A DNA stretch of 64,000 bases from NCBI GenBank assembly GCA_965215335.1, contig CBDCDA010000002.1, positions 1,178,979-1,242,978 of the forward strand. Reading direction: 5' to 3'. Position 1 is the first letter of the stretch, and every line of letters begins with the position of its first letter. The DNA is from an uncultured Candidatus Entotheonella sp. (lineage in GTDB: Bacteria; Tectomicrobia; Entotheonellia; Entotheonellales; Entotheonellaceae). This document shows, piece after piece, positions 60,625 through 64,000 of the stretch. A program made the translations under genes and the position numbers. The notes beneath the pieces are model-generated. The model did no database searches and was not told where the DNA came from. It saw nothing but the letters and a program-made list of their open reading frames with translations.

Positions 60625-61398
60625 CTATTCCTGCTCGCGCATCACAGGATTCCGCAGCACGCCGATCTGCGAGATTTCAATCTCTACCGTGTCGCCGTCT
60701 TCCATCGGCCCAACGCCCTCGCAGGTGCCGGTAAAAATGGCGTCGCCGGGGTTCAGCGTCACCACCTGGCTGATGAAACTGATCATGGTTGGCACGTCGA
60801 AAATCATCTGATCCGTTCCCGAGTGCTGCTTGACCTCACCGTTCAGGCGCGTTTCCAGCGTCAGCTTCGACGGGTCGGCGATGTCCGTCTCGACCCACGG
60901 TCCGAGCGGGGAAAACGTGTCGCTCGATTTGCCGCGCCACCACTGCAAATCGCCGCGCTGCCAGCCGCGGGCGCTCACGTCGTTGCCGCAGGTGTAGCCC
61001 AGCACGTACTCAAGAGCGTTCTCCTGGGCGACGCGCTTGCACGTCTTACCGATCACCGCTACCAATTCGCCCTCGAAGTGGGTCATGCCGGCGCCGGGTG
61101 GAATGCAGATCGGATCGCCGGGATTGCACAGCGACGAGGGCACCTTGTAGAAGGGCTCCGGTTGCGTGGGGGCTCGGCGGTCGCTGCCGCTTTCCTGCAC
61201 GTGCAGGGCGTAATTCAGACCCAGGGCCAGCATCTTGCTGGGCACGCAAGGCGTCAGGAGCTTGACGGTATTGAGCGGAAAGCTGCTGCCGGTCAGCGCA
61301 TGGTCGCCGAAGAGGTCGCCTTTGATCTCCCGGACGTTCTCGCCCTCGGCGATGCCGTGGCGGGTCTGACCGCCGGCCTGGAAACGGACCAACTTCAT
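60625..61398 (-). CDS. fumarylacetoacetate hydrolase family protein
   Basis: GLNY, FEGEL, GNDVSAR, KSSDTF, PGD.IFTGT motifs. Confidence 0.92.
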   Translation of the reverse strand: MKLVRFQAGGQTRHGIAEGENVREIKGDLFGDHALTGSSFPLNTVKLLTPCVPSKMLALGLNYALHVQESGSDRRAPTQPEPFYKVPSSLCNPGDPICIPPGAGMTHFEGELVAVIGKTCKRVAQENALEYVLGYTCGNDVSARGWQRGDLQWWRGKSSDTFSPLGPWVETDIADPSKLTLETRLNGEVKQHSGTDQMIFDVPTMISFISQVVTLNPGDAIFTGTCEGVGPMEDGDTVEIEISQIGVLRNPVMREQE

Positions 61399-61623
61399 GA
61401 CGTGTCTTCCTTCATTAGCGAGGAGTTGTGCCTTGGGAAGGTTGCGAGGGCTACTATAGTACAGGGCCTGGCGGCAGCAAAGGCATTTTTGACGGACGAT
61501 GTTCAGCGCCGCGACGCTTGCCAGCGAGGGCCTGATGCGGCTACACTGTCCGAAAGCTCTTCTTCACAAAGACCCGCGACTCGCTGTTTCCCATCGCATT
61601 CCCCAGGAGAATTCATCGCTACC

Positions 61624-63120
61624 ATGTCTGTCTCAGCAAGCATTTTGCGCGTGGCGATCATGGCCGGCCTGTTCGCTCTCTGGACAGGGCACGCCTGGTG
61701 TCAGAATCTGGCGATTTTTCCGAAAGAAGACATCCTTCTCATCGGCGGTGATTTCCGCCTCCGCAGCATCCACAGCAACGTGGCCGCCGCGGATGAAGCG
61801 GGCGGCGGCGAGAGCGGCGGGTTTCCCGTTGCCGACAGTTCGACCAAGTCCTTCTTCGATACCCGCCTGCGTCTGTACTGGGACTTCCGCCCCAGTGAGT
61901 TGGTGCGGGTTCATTACCGCATGGAAATCGGGGATGTCCGCTTTGGTGGCTGCGAAGGTCGTGACGTGAATTGCGAAACAGGCAGTGACGTCAGCGGCAA
62001 TCTGGTGCCGGTGATCGGGCCGGGCGCCGGCGGTGGCGTCGGGGCCGACGGGGTGAACGTCGAGACCAAGAACATCTTCATGGCGATGACGCTGCCCTCT
62101 CTGCGCGGGCTGAGCTTTCGCGGCGGCATCTTCGGCTACGGCGACCGCTACGACTTCAACATCCTGGCCGATGACTTTGCCGGCCTGCAGTTGAACTACC
62201 AGCGCGGGGACGTCGCGGCGCATCTCGTGTACCTGAAATTCTTCGAGGGCGATACGCGGGACAACGCCGATGACAGCGACTGGATCGGCATCGACGCGGA
62301 GTACAGGCTGACCGCGTCGACGACGGTGGCGAGCTCCTTCCACTACTGGATTGGCATTGATCGGGAAAACAAGGGCGACCTGGAAGCCGATCCATTTCAA
62401 TACTGGGCCGGCCTCGAAGTCACCACCCGCGTCGGTCCGACGCTTCTCAACGGTTACGCGATCCTCAATCAGGGCGAGGGCTATTTCGGGCGCCGCAGCG
62501 GCAAGAACAGTGGTGTCAATGCCAGCGTGGCGGGCGATTACTTCCTGTCCTTCGGCACACTCGGGCTGCAGGCGCAGTACATCACCGGCGAGGCGGGCAG
62601 CAAATCCCAACTTGAGAACGGCGACAAACGTAACGCGGACATCGGGGCGTGGCTGAGCTACAAGAACCACATGTATCAAGGCCCGGGGATTATTTCGCGG
62701 GGTCCGATCGTCGACATCGGGGACGGCTTCAACAGCAAGTGGGGCACGGGGAACGGCTACTTCAACGGCGACTACAACGGGCGTCTGCTGCTCATCGCGC
62801 GCGGCGCGTTTCCGGTCCTGCAAGAGCGCTATCGGGACATCCTGACCCTGCACGTGGTGGGCGCCTACGACATGGCCGCCGCCGAGAACGCCAACGGCGA
62901 TCGTGAGCGCGGCATCGAGTTCGACGTGTGGGCGCACGTCAACATCATGCCCAAACTGTGGCTGCGCCTCGGCGCGGCGTACTACATGACGGGCGATTGG
63001 TGGAAGAACAACACCGACGCATCCTTTGACGGGTACGGCGAGAAACCTGGATCGCCGGCGGGTTCCGATCCCGACAACATCTGGCAATTTTCCGCGCGGC
63101 TGCAATATGATTTTGGCTAA
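61624..63120 (+). CDS. outer-membrane beta-barrel porin (deltaproteobacterial major-porin-like)
   Basis: Signal peptide; DTRLRLY, MEIGD, GADGVNVETK; amphipathic strands; C-terminal RLQYDFG. Confidence 0.8.
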   Translation: MSVSASILRVAIMAGLFALWTGHAWCQNLAIFPKEDILLIGGDFRLRSIHSNVAAADEAGGGESGGFPVADSSTKSFFDTRLRLYWDFRPSELVRVHYRMEIGDVRFGGCEGRDVNCETGSDVSGNLVPVIGPGAGGGVGADGVNVETKNIFMAMTLPSLRGLSFRGGIFGYGDRYDFNILADDFAGLQLNYQRGDVAAHLVYLKFFEGDTRDNADDSDWIGIDAEYRLTASTTVASSFHYWIGIDRENKGDLEADPFQYWAGLEVTTRVGPTLLNGYAILNQGEGYFGRRSGKNSGVNASVAGDYFLSFGTLGLQAQYITGEAGSKSQLENGDKRNADIGAWLSYKNHMYQGPGIISRGPIVDIGDGFNSKWGTGNGYFNGDYNGRLLLIARGAFPVLQERYRDILTLHVVGAYDMAAAENANGDRERGIEFDVWAHVNIMPKLWLRLGAAYYMTGDWWKNNTDASFDGYGEKPGSPAGSDPDNIWQFSARLQYDFG

Positions 63121-63136
63121 TCCCACACGACGGGTG

Positions 63137-63511
63137 ATGCGCTGCCTCGCGGTGGGGCTGGGATGCCTCTCGTTTGCCACTCTGGCGTACGGTCAGGAAG
63201 GCGGCCAGGGTTATCGCCTGCGCGTCGAGCCCGGCATGCTGACCATGCGGCATACCGAGCGGCCGCGCCTGACCGTAGCCGTCGAGGACGCCTCGGGTCA
63301 TCCGGTCGATGACGTGCAGATCGCCTTCACCGTCTCCGAAGGAGTCGTGACGCTCGACGGTTCCAGCCGTACCCGGGATGGACGGGTTACCGGAACGTTC
63401 ACCCCGGCTTTCGGAGGCGACAACCCGCGCCGGGCTTTCGTGGTCGTGTCGGCTGCCGGCCATGAGGTCACCGTCTTCATCGATATCGTTCCGGCCGTCT
63501 ACGGACGTTGA
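63137..63511 (+). CDS. secreted small Ig-like (Big_1/invasin-type) domain protein
   Basis: Signal peptide AYG; LTVAVEDASGHPVDDVQIAF..T.DG motif. Confidence 0.6.
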   Translation: MRCLAVGLGCLSFATLAYGQEGGQGYRLRVEPGMLTMRHTERPRLTVAVEDASGHPVDDVQIAFTVSEGVVTLDGSSRTRDGRVTGTFTPAFGGDNPRRAFVVVSAAGHEVTVFIDIVPAVYGR

Positions 63512-63530
63512 CAGCAAAGGCGTCTTGCGC

Positions 63531-64000
63531 GTGTATCCCATCCCATCTCGTGTCACGCAACGTCTTCTCGGCGGCCTGTTTATCCTGCTGACCGCCGTCT
63601 TCCTTCCTCCCGGTCCCGTCTCAGCGCAAGTCGAAGACATCATCTTGATTGGCGGCAATTACCGTTTGCAGGGCAACCTGCACAATATGCAGGACGGATT
63701 TTTCGGCGCCCCTTCGCTTTCCGACAACGATTCAACGCAGCGATTCGTCGACACACGTCTGCGGCTGTCGTTCGACCTGCGGTCCGATGCACCGCTGTCG
63801 GTGCACTACGGGCTGGAAATCGGCGACATTACCCTCGGCGCCAAGAACCCGCCTGTCTGGGATTCCACGGGGCACCGGCTGGTGAACGTCGGCTCCGGCA
63901 GCGGGGGCGGCGAGGGAGCCGACGGGGTGAATCTGGAAACAAAGAACGCCTATCTCAACGTGCAGATTCCGGGGGTGCCGGGCCTGTCGTTCCGGGGCGG
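63531..64000 (+). CDS. second porin paralog (3'-truncated by window edge)
   Basis: Not in the ORF track. Translates EDIILIGGNYRL...DTRLRLSFDLR...VHYGLEIGD...GADGVNLETKN...GLSFRG, collinear with 61624-63120. Confidence 0.85.
   Translation, partial: MYPIPSRVTQRLLGGLFILLTAVFLPPGPVSAQVEDIILIGGNYRLQGNLHNMQDGFFGAPSLSDNDSTQRFVDTRLRLSFDLRSDAPLSVHYGLEIGDITLGAKNPPVWDSTGHRLVNVGSGSGGGEGADGVNLETKNAYLNVQIPGVPGLSFRG

Overview
GC-rich bacterial chromosomal window, densely coding and mostly metabolic. The gene repertoire (paralogous amidohydrolases, cyclases, NHL proteins, TPP enzymes, an LLM oxidoreductase, a Uma2 nuclease and deltaproteobacterial-type porins) resembles Tectomicrobia/Entotheonella-like organisms; this is inference only. 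Recognisable genes are a partial ggt, pgi, an RND pump pair, msrA, a LarA-like/RraA/dehydrogenase sugar-acid cluster, an AT-richer stand-alone Hrq1/MrfA-like helicase, NAPRT plus NAD kinase, a cold-shock gene, a branched-chain-type ABC operon, an IS5-family element, comA, a divergent folP, prlC, glmS, lpdA, tldD-pmbA and tandem porins. The most notable observation is missed by the ORF track: an exported rhodanese whose catalytic Cys codon is an in-frame TGA (VVLY-U-TCP), followed by a SECIS-like hairpin and an intact rhodanese C-terminus, so it is a probable selenoprotein. There is also a decayed remnant of a UGSC-family (seleno)protein beside the IS, a D-aminoacylase broken by a perfect 16-bp tandem duplication, and an internally deleted Zn-dehydrogenase. 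No rRNA, tRNA or CRISPR array was seen.
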